DNA from: Squalus acanthias
Taxonomy: Eukaryota
Length of the DNA stretch: 64,000 nucleotides
Direction of reading: 5' to 3'
Assembly (NCBI GenBank): GCA_030390025.1
Contig: CM059432.1
Coordinates: 81,842,001 to 81,906,000, forward strand
Positions 37,031-50,620 of this stretch are shown here, in pieces. The notes beneath the pieces are model-generated. The model did not search any database. It saw nothing but the letters and a program-made list of their open reading frames with translations, and had not been told where the DNA came from. Position 1 is the stretch's first letter. Each line of letters starts with the position of its first letter. A program made the position numbers and the translations under genes.

Positions 37031-38137
37031 TCAGTACTGTTCATAACTTGCATTTTCTCTGAAACGCTGTTTCGTCTGGCTGTTTGGTTCAGTCAAAAAT
37101 GACGGATTTTTTCCAAGGCCTTTGCCACATTTACAATAATATTAAAGCCTATATTTGACCCACAAGACATATCAGATGTTTCATATTTATCATGATGGAA
37201 TTGTGTTATACTTTTTTTATTATCTTTGTTTTGTTTTAAAATTACAATAAAAGAGGTTGTCTGTTCCTGCCTAAAGAACCACCGCCTTATGTGCCCCAGC
37301 AGCTACAGTTTATTCAACAAGGTGAGCAATTCTGAGTGGTGGGCAGCCTGAGGCTTGGGGTTCAAACATTCATTCACTGTTTTCATTGTGAAATTAGTTG
37401 TGAATGCTGCATGTTCCATTGTGCAAAGTCATGTCCATGTAATGATGGTGGTGATGGGAAAATAGAAGGTTCTGTTGCACTGAGATCTCAGCTGTTGTCT
37501 GATGAAATTCTAGAAGACAAGCTATATTTTACCCAAATTACATACCTAACTGATACATTGGAGGATTACTGGAAAAGTATGTTGTATTCTGCCAAATATA
37601 TACTGCTATATATACACACAGGGCAACAAAGGCTCTGAGACCCTGTCTCCTGAATGAACCTCCTGATGAGTGCTATCCACCCCAGTGCCCCGAGGAAGTA
37701 ATTCATTTTCAAAGTAAGCACTGGGACTTGTTGTGAATATGTCCTCAGCACATTACCCTCTTGTTTCAGGGCTCCACATCAGGATTCGTTATTATTTTTA
37801 ATTTTTGGTGAATTGTTGTGCATATCGTGGTAAAGGATGTCAGTGCTGGGGAATGGAGGGCTTCTCCATTTCAGGAACGCAGTGTTAGCATTAAGCACCT
37901 GCGGGTCAGACATAAACACACCCACAACAGAGCAAAGCTCCCTCTACTCTGCAGCACAGTACTCTACCTCTACTACAGCAGTGATGTCTTTCTATTTCTC
38001 ACATCAGCCAACTTGGTAGAGCAAAATTTTAGTTTGACAGATCAGTGGGGCTGATGTGGAGTGGGTGAGTAGGGCTGGATAATCAGGCGGATATCCATCT
38101 TACGGGATCTCTGCCCATTTTGTACGACAAATTGTGC

Positions 38138-38925
38138 TCAGCTGTGGCTCAGTTGGTAGCACCCTCACCTCTGAATCAGAAGATTGTGGGTTCAAGTCCC
38201 ACTCCAGGGACTTGAGCACATAAAGCTAGGCTGACACTCTGAGGGAGTGCTGCACTGTTGGAGGTGCTGTCTTTCAGATGAGACGTTAAACCGAGGCCCT
38301 GTCTGCTCTCTCAGGTGGACGCAGGAAGGATGTTCGCGATGGTGAGGGAGTCCAGAACCAGGGGTCACAGTCTAAGGATAAGGGGTAAGCCATTTAGGAC
38401 TGAGATGAGGAGGAATTTCTTCACCCAGAGAGTGGTGAACCTGTGGAATTCTCTACCACACAAGGCAGTTGAGGCCAATTCATTAAATATATTCAAGAAG
38501 GAGTTAGATATATTTCTTAAGGCTAAGGGGATCAAGGGATATGGGGAGAAAGCAGGGACAGGGTACTGAATTTGGATGATCAGCCATGATCGCATTGAAT
38601 GGCGGAGCAGGCTCAAGGGGCCGAATGGCCTACTCCTGCTCCTATCTTCTATGTTTCTATATCCCATGGCACTATTTTGAAGAAGAGCAGGGGAGTTATC
38701 CACGGTGTCCTGCGCCAATATTTATCCCTCAATCAACATCACTAAAACAGATTATCTGGTCCTTATCACATTGCTGTTTATGGGAGCTTGCTGTACGCAA
38801 TTTTGGCTGCCACGTTTCCCACATTACAACAGTGACTACACTTCAAAAAGTACTTCATTGGCTGTAAAGCGCTTTGAGACGTCCGGTGGTCATGAAAGGC
38901 GTTATAGAAATACAAGTTCTTCTTT
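38138..38925 (+). mobile_element. Deu-domain SINE interrupted by a CR1 3' fragment (38320-38660)
   Basis: The SINE breaks at aggtggacg and resumes at atcccatggc. The insert encodes SRTRGHSLRIRGKPFRTEMRRNFFTQRVVNLWNSLP and has a CR1 tail. Confidence 0.88.
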
Positions 38926-40187
38926 ATAACATGTCCATTTCCAGTCAGCCTAATTTAGTTCTCTACGTGGTTAATTTATGCAATTAATGTTTTTTTATTG
39001 CCCTGGTGTTTCCCAATAATTACTGTATATTTTGTGTACCAACCTATTGCTCAGTCTAGAGTTAGTGAGGTGGCTTGCTACTGAATGTCACAGGGACCCT
39101 CTTGGGATACAGGTGGGCCTCTGCCTCCTTGTGTTGGGTCATGAGATGACCCTAGCTTTAGGCTCCTAGCTTTGGCCCTGCCCGGACCCTACCTAAACAA
39201 GTCCAGTCATCACTGTGATAGCAGATCACCAGCCAGCAACAAGGACAGGGGGAAGCTCAGCAAGATAGCTCTTTCCATCCAATGCCCAGCATGTTGAAGC
39301 CAAGTGAGACAATCGCTTATTGATTGGAGCCTGGGGGCTCCATAGCAACTGTGTGAACATTCACAAATGATTGTCTCATTGTAAAAATGAAAATGATCTC
39401 CATCTCTGCAGGTCCCAGTGGAATTGCTACACGCTCCATAATAGTCTACACTTCAGATAAACGGTCATGTATAATTGCACAAATCCGGATAGTGAACTTC
39501 TTCACAGCCGAGGAAGGACAACAGGTTCTTGCTCCCTCACTGTCACCATCACATGCTTTTGCTTACCCATGCTCTGTAATTCACATAGAGCTCCTTCCTC
39601 AAAGTACCTAAATCCAAGGGTGGATGTACCTGTGCTGGAATTTGCTATGATTGGAGTGTTTGACGTAGGGTTCTGTGAGGTGCTGGGTTGCTGGCCATTT
39701 GCAGTAGGTGAGGTTTAGTCTTTCTTCTGCGGGGGGTGGGGGGGGGGGCGTCATTTACGGAAACAGAAGGGAGACATATATTAGAATGCTAGCTGCAAGA
39801 TACACCTTCAAACTGCATTTAAATAGTTAGACTGTGCCTCACAGTGGTGTGCTAGAATGCAAGTCAAGAAGGAAGGAAGTAGTGCTGGATCTAGTTCTGG
39901 AGAATTAAGTGGGGCAAGTGGAGTATATTTCAGTGGGAGAACATTTGGGGAACAGTGATCATAATATCATCAGGTTTAGAATAGTTATGGAAAAGGACAA
40001 GGTAAAATCAAGTGTAACAGTACTGGAGGAGGGCTAACTTCAGTAAGTTGAAAAGGAAACTGGCCCAGGTGGATTGGAATCAAAAGTTCGCAGGTAAAAC
40101 AGTAAATGAGCAATAGGAAACCTTCGAAGAGGAGATAGTTCGGGTATAGAGTAGACACGTTCCTATGAGGGGGAAAGGAAGGGCATC

Positions 40188-42065
40188 TCAGATGCAGCTC
40201 TGGAGGCACTGGTGGTGGCTGTGGAGAGAAGACGGGCTGTCCTTTTCCTGCAGACTGGCAGGAAACCATCTGCCCATACATCTGGAAGGCTCTGGCAAGA
40301 GATAGCTGGGTACATGACGACCAACAGTGTGGTTCCCAGAAAATGGATACAGTGCCGAAAGAAGTTTAATGACCTCACACGGCAGGCCAAGGTGAGTGAA
40401 GGCTTCAGCAAATGCCATTTCCCACCATCTGCACCACAAGCCTCACACACTGCTCAATGCACCACAGTCCCATCACTCACCACCAACAATCTCTAGCAAT
40501 TGCCACTCATACCTCACAATAATAACTTCACCCTCACAACCTTACCACAGCTGCAACACTCACATCCACATCTCACACCTTGCACACACTGACAGCTATT
40601 CAACTATTGCAGGCACATCACCCAAACACATTGCACCGCACTCACTGACACACTTCCCTTTCTCTTGCAGGCTAAGATTGCTCACAATCACCAGGAGCTG
40701 TGGCTGACAGGAGGCGGCCAAACCACAATACAGGCCTTGAGCCAACTGGAGGAGTCGGTGCCGAACATCCCTGGAGGGGAAGTCACCGAGGCCGTGTCAA
40801 CAGGCAAAGTTGAAACCCTTGAGGACAATAACGGTATGGTCTTTCCTAATCCTTCTTCACACATCCCACTTCCCCCTCATCCCACAATCTCTTCCCACTT
40901 ACAAGCTGCTGACACTGTATGCATGGATATCTTACTTCCCCCGCTCTCCTCACCATAACCCAACTCTTGTGCCTTTCTGCTTTCAGATGACCAGGAACTG
41001 CCAGCCACAGAGCCTGTACCCGAAGCAATGAAGGAGAGTGAAGGAGAAGAAGTCACACCCTCATTGCATCTGACACTCGCAGACACCAGCTCAGAAACTG
41101 GCACTGCGCGGAATTTAGAGGGTAGTGCAGATGCAGGATCTGCACAGGGTGAGGCACTGGACATGAGTGGGCTGCAGCAAGGCCAGGGGGAAAGGACAAC
41201 TGAGAGGCCAGCTCCCCGGAGGCTGATTTTGGGCACCTGTTCTGCTGCACATGACTCAGGTGAGGACCTCAGTGGGGCGGTATTTAGAAGAAGGGTGATG
41301 GGCAGGCACACCGAATTGCTAGGTGCAATGGCAAGCCTGCCAGAGAGCCTCTTGTCAATGTCAAGGAGCATGGCGGAGACCGGCTCCAACATTGCACTGG
41401 GCTTCGCAGACCTTGGAGCCCAGGATTTCCAGGATGGAAATGATGGACAACTCCAGGAGAGACCGTGTCAACCCAGCCATGATGCTGGGTGTGATGGGCG
41501 ATGTCGTGGCTTCCATTGCAGCACAGGCGGAAGTGACCCAACGTCTCAGTGCTGCAGTGGAAGCTCAGACTGCTCACCTGCAGGCTCAGCTTGCAGGCCA
41601 CACAAGCTCAGACTGCTGCCATTGTGGCTGGGTTTACCAGTGTCGAAAGGGGATGCAGGGTGTCGCAGCAGTCCAGCAATCTGTCCTCCAACAGCTAGGA
41701 ATGCTGAGGCGCCGCCCCGGGAGAGTGGCAGTGGGTCTGTGGATCAGGAACCTGCTGTTCTCTCTCAGGATGACAGCATTCCTATTGCCACCACTGCCAT
41801 TCCACCATTATCCTTGCTGCTGCCTGTCAGCCAGCCAGCCCAGACTGCTGCTGCCCAGGCCGAGGTGGTGCAGTCTACAGTCAGGCCTTCTAGGTCCACA
41901 ACTGGTCGAGGTCATCCTGCAAGGCCATCTGAAATCTTCCGCATGGAAATTCAGCAGCCTTCCACCAGCCATGCTGCAGCCACTGGGGGAGCTCTGCATA
42001 GGAGCACCAGAGTTGGTAAAGGCACACGACTGACAGGCACTAAGGGATTGCACAAGGGTGATTAG
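40188..42065 (+). pseudogene. Harbinger Myb/SANT-like DNA-binding protein gene; exons 40188-40391, 40671-40833, 40987-42065
   Basis: WQEIAGYMTTNSVVPRKWIQCRKKFNDLTRQAK | AKIAHNHQELWLTGGG. Two GT-AG introns join in frame. The start codon is lost and exon 3 has internal frameshifts. Confidence 0.8.
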
Positions 42066-42239
42066 TTGATATTGTAATGTGAATTGAATAGTTATAAATT
42101 TATTAATTATGTTTGGAATGTTTGTTTTGTGGTGGCTCTCATTTCAGCTTTGTGCCCAGGAGGACACTGTGATATTCCGTGACAGATGGATGGTATAATG
42201 GGGATATGGTGAGCAATGGGGATCTGAGGTTTTATTCAC

Positions 42240-43357
42240 TCGAATTGGAGTCTGATGAGGCGTTCACGGACAGCCTGTCAGGAACAGGGGTCTACGGCCT
42301 GCCTCTTCCCTTCCTCCTCCTTCTCCTCTCCCTCGTCCTCCTCCTGAGGTGGTCCCGCAATCCCTGCTGGCAAGGGCTGTGTCCTCATGATGGTCAAGTT
42401 GTGAAGCATGCAGCAGACCACCACGAAATGAGACACCCGCTCCGGTGAGTACTGGAGGGCTCCTCCCGAGCGGTCAAGGCAGTGGAACCATTGCTTCAGT
42501 AGCCCGATGGTCTGCTCTATGATGTTCCTGGTGGAAGCATGGCTCTCATTATACGACTGCTGGGCACGAGTGGTGGGGTTGCGGAGGGGAGTCATCAGCC
42601 AGGTGTAGAGCGGATAGCCCTTGTCTCCGAGCAGCCACCCTCGAGTTTGGCGCGGTGGCTGGAAGTTTGCTAGCACTGGCGCAGAATGAAGGCATCATGA
42701 CTGCTGCCAGGATAGCGGGCATTGACCATCAGGCTGCGCTGGGCGTGGTTGCACAACAACTGCACATTAAGTGAGTGGTAGCCTTTGTGGTTACAGAAGA
42801 TCTCAGGATTGTTATGCAGTGCCCGCAAAGACACGTGGGTGCAGTCGATGGCGCCCTGCACCATGGGGAAGCCCACTATCCTGGCAAAGCCACATGTGCG
42901 CTCCTCCTGCTTCTCTCGTAGTTCCTTCTCCTGGAGCACAGAGCCTCTGTGACCTCCCGGATGCAGCAATGGATGGCGAACTGGGAGATGTTAGCTATGG
43001 CTCCTGCTGCAGACTGGAAGGATCCACTGGTGATGAAATTGAGGGCCACGGTGACCTTGAGGGCCACTGGAGAGCCGTCGTCACCCTGCTCAGAGGCTGC
43101 AGGTCTGGTTGCAGGAGATGGCAGAGTTCTATGACCACCTCCTTGGTGTCGCGGAGCCTCCTAATACACTGCTCCTGGCTTAAGTGGGGATAAGAGAAGT
43201 GCTCTCTGCCGACCACAGGTGGGTAAGGCTTCCTGTGAGAACCCTCCTGGCTCTCTTCCTTCTCCCTCTGCGCGCAACTTCTCCTCTTCTTCGCTGACTC
43301 CGCTCCCTCTCCCGAAGATACTTGAGTGCGAGGTGGACGGCCAGTACAGCCCTCATG
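42240..43357 (-). pseudogene. HARBI1-like DDE transposase, frameshifted
   Basis: LKVTVALNFITSGSFQ, GFPMVQGAIDCTHV, NHKGYHSLNVQLLC, YPGSSHDAFIL, WLLGDKGYPL, HASTRNIIEQTIGLLK and CCMLHN motifs. Confidence 0.92.
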
Positions 43358-44009
43358 ACTGTGAGCAAGTGCTGTGAGCAGAAGCCTTTAAATAATAATG
43401 AAGGCATTCTCCACTTGCAGCAACACTCCCTGTCACCTTAGGACCTTGAAAGTAGGTTATTAAGCTGCTGGAGTTGCAGAAAGTTGCCCAGAGCCAGTCA
43501 AACTGAAGAAGCATGTCAGGTGCAAGTTGTTGCTGATGATCCCTTTAACTACCACTGCTGGAGCCTCCTTCCTGCTGGTCAACACTTGCTCAGCTGGTCG
43601 TAATTAACACAGGCTGGTAAGTTGAGTGGCGCACTCCAAAATGGCAGATCGGGCGTCAGGTGAGTGTTGCACACTCACTGATGTCACAATCTGCATAATC
43701 TCCATATTGCTGGCGAGCACGGACATCGGCAGTGCTGCTGCCCAGCCGGAAATGGCAGCCGCTACGGGATCCGCTGGTAGCAGGCGGAAGTGCGGTGGCC
43801 GCCATTTTTTCCCCCTGAATCGGGCCTTAACGGCCGGCGCAAACATTACAAATTTCTCAGCCCTGAGGTTAAAATGAGACAGAAAAAGGAGGCTTATGGT
43901 AAATGTAAGGCTCATAATACAGTAGAGAACCAGGCTGAATACAGAAAGTGCAGAGGAGATCCATAAAAGGGAGCAAGAGGGGCAAAGAAAGAGTATGAAA
44001 ATAGATTAG

Positions 44010-44285
44010 AATAGAAAATCATTGGCAAAAGATCTGGAGGGCAGATGAGGAGAATTTTTTTCACTCAGATAGCTGTAGTGATCTGGACGCTCTACCTGAA
44101 AAGGTGAAGGAAGCTGATTCCATAAATAATTTTAAAAGGAAGTTGGACAGGTACTTGGGAATGTGGAACTCATTGGGTAACAGACAAAAGATAGGGTTGT
44201 GGGACTAAGCATGACTGCGCTTTCTAAGAGCCAGCATAGACACGACGGGCCGAATGGCCTCCTTCTGTGCTGTACGTTTCTATGA
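44010..44285 (+). mobile_element. CR1 3' fragment nested in CR1
   Basis: 3' UTR acgggccgaatggcctccttctgtgctg...ttctatgatt, with gattag duplicated at the flanks. Confidence 0.7.
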
Positions 44286-44460
44286 TTAGCAGGTAACATA
44301 AAAGGGAACCCAAAAGTCCTTTATAAACACATAAATAGTCAAAGGGAGGGTGGGGCTGATAAGGGACCAAAAAGGATATCTTCTTGTGGAGGCAAAGGGC
44401 ATGGCTGAGGTACTAAATGAGCACTTTGCAGCTGTCTTCACTAGAGAAGAGGATGCTGCC

Positions 44461-46300
44461 AACTGGCATGCCAGGAGCAGCACCAGGCGTACCTAAAAAT
44501 GAGGTGTCAACCTGGGGAAGCTGCAACACAGGACTACATGCATGCTCAACAACAGAAGCAGCATGTTATAGACAGCTAAGCGATCCCACAACCATCAGAT
44601 TAAAGCTCTGCAGTCCTGCTATATCCAGTCGTGAATGGTGGTGGACCATTAAACAACTAAAGGGAGGAGGAGGCTCCACGAACATCCCCATCTTCAATGA
44701 GGGTGGAGCCCAGCATGTGAGTGCAAAAAACAAGGCTGAAGCATTTGCAACCATCTTCAGCCAGAAGTGCCGAGTAGGTAATCCATATCGGCCTCCTCCT
44801 GAGGTCCCCACCATCACAGAAGCCAGTCATTAACCAATTCGATTCACTCCACATGGTATCAAGAAACGGCTGAGCACACTGATATAGCTAAGGCTTTGGG
44901 CCCTGACAATATCCCGGCTGTCGTGCTGAAGACATGTGTTCCAGAACTAGCCACGCCTCTAGCCAAGCTGTTCCAGTACAGCTACCCAACAATGTGGAAA
45001 ACTGCCCAGGTATATGCAGTGCACAAAAAGCAGGACAAATCCAATCCGGCCAATTACCGCTCTATCAGTCTACTCTCAATCATCAGCATAATAGTGGAAG
45101 GTGTCGTCGACAGTGCTATCAAGCGGCACTTACTCACCAATAACCTGCTCACCGATGCTCAGTTTGGGTTCCGCCAGGACCACTTGGCTCCAGACCTCAT
45201 TACAGCCTTGGTCCAAACATGGACAAAAGAGCTGAATTCCAGAGGTGAGGTGAGAGTGACTGCCCTTGACATCAAGGCAGCATTTGACCGAGTGTGGCAT
45301 CAAGGATCACTAGTAAAATTGAAGTCGATGGGAATCAGGGGAAAAACTCTTCACTGGCTGAAGTCATATCTAGCACAAAAGAAGATGGTTGTGATTGTTG
45401 GAGGTCAATCATCTCAGCCCCTGGACACCGCTGCAGGAGTTCCTAGGCCCAACCATCTTCAGCTGTTTCATCACTGACCTTCTCTCCATCATAAGGTCAG
45501 AAGTGGGGATGTTCGCTGATGATTGCGCAGTGTTCAGTTCCATTCGCAACTCCTCAGATAATGAAGCAGTCCATGCCCGCATGCAGCAAGACCTGGATGA
45601 CATTCAGGCTTGAGTTGATAAGTGGCAAGTAACATTCGCGCCACACAAGTGCCAGGCAATGACTATCTCCAACAAGAGAGCGTCTAACCACCGCCCCTTG
45701 ACATTCAACGGCATTACCATCGCCAAATCCCCCGCCATCAAAATCCTGGGTGTCACCATTCACCAGAAACTTAACTGGACCATCCACAGAAATACTGTGG
45801 CTACAAGAGCAGGTCAGAGGCTGGGTATTCTGTGGTGAGTGTCTCACCTCCTGATTCCCCAAAGCCTTTCCACCATCTACAAGGCACAAGTTAGGAGTGT
45901 GATGGAATACTCTCCATTTGCCTGGATGAGTGCAGCTCTAACAACACTCAAGATGCTCGACACCAGCAACTTGCCAAGGCTTCTTTGGCAGCACCTCCCA
46001 AACCCGTGACCACTACCACCTAGAAGGACAAGGGCAGCAGGCGCATGATAACACCACCACCTCCAAGTTCCCCTCCAAGTCACACACCATCCTGACTTGG
46101 AAGTATATCGCCATTCCTTCATCATCGCTGGGTCAAAATCCTAGAACTCACTCCCTAACAGCACTGTGGGAGCACATTCACAAGGACTGCAGTGGTTCAA
46201 GAAGGCAGCTCACTACCACCTTCTCAAGGGCAACTAGGGATGGGCAATAAATGCTGGCCTTGCCAGCGACGCCCACATCCCATGAACGAATTTTAAAAAA
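44461..46300 (+). mobile_element. Non-LTR retrotransposon family B, 5'-truncated
   Basis: ORF 44896..45477 carries RT motifs and is closely similar to 7331-9100. It ends with AATAAA and an A-rich tail. Confidence 0.9.
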
Positions 46301-46354
46301 GCACTCCCAAACCTTTGCCTTCCAAACTCGCTTACTAATTTTCTGCCTTTCATC

Positions 46355-46777
46355 TTTGATGGATTCCAGGGGTTAAATTACGAGGAGACATTGCACAAAC
46401 TAGGGTTGTATTCCCTGGAATTTAGAAGTTTAAAGGGTGATGTGATCGAAGTTTTCAAGATATTAATGAGAACAGATAGGGTAGATAGGGAAAATCTATT
46501 TCCGCTGGTTGGGGATTCTAGGACTAGGGGGCATAGTCTAAAAATTTAGAGCCAGACCTTTCAGGAGTGAAATTAGGAAACACTTCTATACGCAAACGGC
46601 AATTGATGCTAGATCAATTGTTAATTTTAAATCTGAGATTGATAGTTTTTTGTCAACCAAAGGGATATGGAGAAAAGGCGGGTATATGGAGTTAGATCGC
46701 AGGCCAGCCATGATCTCATTGAATGGTGGAACAGACTTGAGGGGCTAAATGGCCTACTCCTGTTCCTATGTTCCTAT
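46355..46777 (+). mobile_element. CR1 3' fragment
   Basis: LGLYSLEFRSLKGDVIEVFKIL motif and a ttcctatgttcctatg tail. Confidence 0.78.
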
Positions 46778-48049
46778 GATGAAGTAAAGGAGAGGGTTAA
46801 TGAGGGTAGTGCGGTTAATGTTGTTTATACAGACTTTCAATGGCATTTGACAAAGTAACACATAATAGACTTGTTAACAAAATTAAAGCCCATGTGATTA
46901 AACAGACAGTGGCAGCATGGATGCAAAATTGGCTAAGGGACAGAAAGCAGGGAGTAGTGGTGAAGGGTTGTTTTTTAGACTGGAGGGAAGTATACAGTGG
47001 TGTTCCCCAAAGGTCGGTATTAGGACCACTGCTCTTTCTGATATATATTAATGACCTGGACTTGAGTATAAAGGGCACAATTTCAAAGTTTGCAGATGAT
47101 ACGAACTTGGAAATGTAGTAAACAATGAGGTAGATAGTAACAGACTTCAGGATGACATAGACAGACTGGTGAAATGGGAAAACACATGGCAGATAAAATT
47201 TAATGCAGAGAAGTGTGAAGTAATACATTTTGGTAGAAAGAATGAGGAGAGGCAATATGAATTAAATGGTCCAATTCTAAAGGGGGTGCAGGAACAGAGA
47301 GACCTGGGGGTGTACGTACACAAGTCTTTGAAGGTGGCAGAACAAGTTGAGAAGGCTGTTAAAAAGCATATAGGATCCTTGGCTTTATTAATAGAGGAAT
47401 ATTAATCACAGAGCCATTGAGGACTGTACAGGGCAAATTTGGGTGGATTCCGATGATACAAAAGGAAGGAAGTTATGCTAAACCTTTATAAGACACTGGT
47501 TAGACCTCAGCTGGAATATTATGTTTAATTCTGGGCACCACATTTTAGAAGGATGTCAAGGCATAGGAGAGGGTGCAGAAGAGATTTACTAGAATGGTAC
47601 CAGGGATGAGGGACTTCAGTTATGTGGAGAGACTGAAGAGGCTGGGGTTGTTTTCCTTACAGCAGAGATGGATAAGAGGAAATTTGATAGAGGTGTTCAA
47701 AGTTGTGAATGGTTTTGATAGAGTAAATTAAGAGAAACTGTTTCCAGTGGTAGAAGGGTCGATAACCAGAGGACACAGATTTAAGGTGACTGGCAAAGGA
47801 TCCAGAGGCGACATGAGAAACATTTTTTTACACAGCAAGTTGTTGTGATCTGGATGCACCGCCTGAAAGGGTGGTGGAAGCAGATTCAATAGTAACATTC
47901 AAAAGAGAATTGGATAAATACTTGAAGGGGAAAAAAATGACAGGGCTGTGGGGAAAGAGCAAAGGAGTGGGATTAATTGGATAGCTCTACCAAAGAGCCG
48001 GCACAGGCACGATGGGCCGAATGGCCTCTTTCTATGATTTTATAGTGCT

Positions 48050-50400
48050 ATGAAGAAGCCATGTATGATCTCAGGGTTAAAAGAAGGGCACATGGTAAAA
48101 CAAAACCAAATTGGCTAACTGGGAATGTTAAACTAAAAAGAAAATATTTGACCAGTTACAAAATAATCGCATCTCAAGAGAATAGGGCTAGGGATCAGAT
48201 TCCATTGAAGGCAACAAAATCTGCTATCAGATTGGACAGAAGAGCAAAGAAAAGTGGATAGTGGATTGGTTTGGCAGTGATAGCAAGGCCTTAATATCTT
48301 TTTAGGAGTCAAAGAGCCATTGAGGACTGTACAGGGCAGATTTGGATGGATTCCGATGATATGGCTAAGATTTAAATTTTTATTTGGTATCAGCCTTCAC
48401 CATTGAAGATGATGCTGTTACCAATGGTGTTACATGGAGGTGTAATAGATGCTAAAATTGAACATGTAGAAGTGGAAAATAGTCCTCATTAGAATTACAG
48501 ATGTTGAAGCAGGTTGGGCTGCTGGTCCTGATTGTGTTCACCCTTGGATGAAAAGAAATGGGGGCTGTATTATATGAACCACTGGCTCATGTACTTAACA
48601 GCTCACGGAGGTCTGGGATTGTTCCCATCGACTGGAAAATGGCTCATGTGATGCCAATATTTTAAAAAGTGCAGTAAGTCAGAACCAGGGAAAAATAGGT
48701 CATTAGCTTAGTTTCAATTATAGGCAAATCACTAGAAGCTGTTATTACAGATGTGTTGTACAGTCATCTAGGAAAAGCAGAGGCTATTATGGAATCACAG
48801 CATGGCTTCTGGAAAAGGAGGTCCTGTCTCAACCACTTGACTGAATTTTATGAGTAGGTTACAAAGCTGGTGGATAATGGAAGACTGGTAGATATTATGA
48901 ACCTTGATTATCAAAGAGCCTTTAATAAAGTGCTGCACAGAAGACTGTTAAGTAAAGTTGCATCTTGTGCAATTGATGGGCAGATATTAGGTTGTATAGG
49001 GAATTGGTTGCTTTTGTGTAGATGGAGGGTAATTATTAATGGCATCAGCTCTGTGTGGGAGGTGGTCACTAGTGGAGTCTGTAGAGTTCTGTGTTATGTT
49101 TGCTGCTCTACACCATCTTTATTAATAATCTGGATGAAGACATCGGGGGGGGAACAGTACACAAGTTTGCTGATGACACAAGTTAGACAAAATAAATAGT
49201 CTTCAGATGGCTCTACACCCATTGGGGTAATTGGCCCATGTGTGGTAAATGTCTTCCTCTGTAGACAAGTGCTGTATGATGCATTTGAGCTGGGGTAATT
49301 CCAGGCATGTATACACCATGCTGGACTGCCCATTCCAAGCTGCTGAGTGGGAGAAGGACCTGGGGGTTGTAGTTGATGAAACACTGAAGACTTATGATCA
49401 GCTGTCAGAAAAACAAATAGAATATTAGGATGTATAGCTGGAACAATTAAATATAAAACTAGAAGTGCAATTCTTACCTTGTACAAGGCCTTGATTTAGC
49501 AGCATTAAGAATACTGTACCTGGTTTTGGTTCCCTCACATGGAGGTGAATATTACGGCCCTGGAAAAGGCCCAGATGAAGGTCACTTGATTGAAACCGAG
49601 TTTTGTCAGCTGTGGCTCAGTTGGTAGCACTCTCACCTCTGAGTCAGAAGGTTGTTGTTTCAAGTCCCACTTCAGAGACTCGAGCACAAAATCTAGGTCG
49701 ACACTCCAGTGCAGTGCTGAGGGAGTGCTGCACTGTTGGAAGTGCCGTTTTTTGGCTGAGATATTAAACCAAAGCCCCGAATGCCCTCTCAGGTGGACAT
49801 AAAAGATCTCATGGCACCATTTCGAAGAAGATCAGTGAGGTTCTCCCCAGTGTCCTGGCCAATAATTATCCCTCAACCAACATCACTAATACAAATTATC
49901 TGGTCATTATCTCATTTCTGTTTCTGGGACCTTGCTGCGTGTAAACTAGCTGCCACGTTTCCTACATTACAACAGTGGCTACACTTCAAAAGTACTTCAT
50001 TAGCTGTAAAGGTTGTGAAAGGCACTATATAAATGCAAGTATTTCTTTTTTAAAGGTCCTTAGTTATCAGTATAGTTATTAGGGAATTGGGCCTTTTTAC
50101 TCCTGGAAAAGTGTAGACTTAAGCGATATGATTGAGGTATTTAAAATATTGAAGGGATTAGTTCTGTCCAAGTGGATGGATTATTTGAGCTAGATAGGCA
50201 GGGGTGTCTAGGGGTCATTGGTACTAATTACAAAAGCACAGTTAGGCTAGGTGCCAGTAAGTACTTCTTTTCCCAGAGAGTCATCGACCTCTGGATTAGA
50301 TTGCCTTTATATGTGGTTCGTGGGATTTGATGCATGCCTTCAGAAGGGAGCTGGATGAGTCCCTGTGAGTGGAAGACTTCTCGAGTTATAGAAGTTGGTG
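48050..50400 (+). mobile_element. Old, diverged CR1 LINE interrupted by a SINE
   Basis: DWKMAHVMPIF, QHGFWKRRSCL and LDYQRAFNKVLH motifs. Confidence 0.75.
49605..50050 (+). mobile_element. Deu-domain SINE (SacSINE1-like)
   Basis: Full-length homologue of 27610-28050. Confidence 0.85.
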
Positions 50401-50620
50401 GGGTAAATGGTATTAATGATTTCAGTTACTGCAGTCTCCTGGAGCTTGTTTGTTTGCCTTTGGGGGATGGAGAGGAATTTCCAGAGATGTTTCCCTAAAG
50501 TTTTTTTTCTGCTTTTGAGATTGTATGATTGCAGTGGGTAGGTTGATGCTGCATATAGGTTACACTGGTAGGATGGGACAGGCTTGATGAACCAGCTAGT
50601 CTTTTCCTATCCTACTTCAT

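Larger units (their letters stand above)
40188..43863. mobile_element. PIF/Harbinger transposon with both genes, left end deleted
   Basis: Right terminus aatttctcagccc. A Myb-like gene on + and a transposase on - are convergent. Confidence 0.92.
39870..48045 (+). mobile_element. CR1 LINE in pieces (39870-40187, 43865-43990, 44290-44460, 46778-48045) split by nested elements
   Basis: EHLGNSDHNII (endonuclease) near 39940, and SGVPQ.SVLGPLLFLIYINDL and KFADDT in the RT. The 3' tail lies near 48030. Confidence 0.82.

Noticed and set aside
37255..37640. Exon-like segment (EPPPYVPQQ...AAG|GTGAGC) and ORF 37336..37638
   Set aside because: The acceptor is weak and no protein family is recognisable; the ORF may be a DNA-transposon relic.
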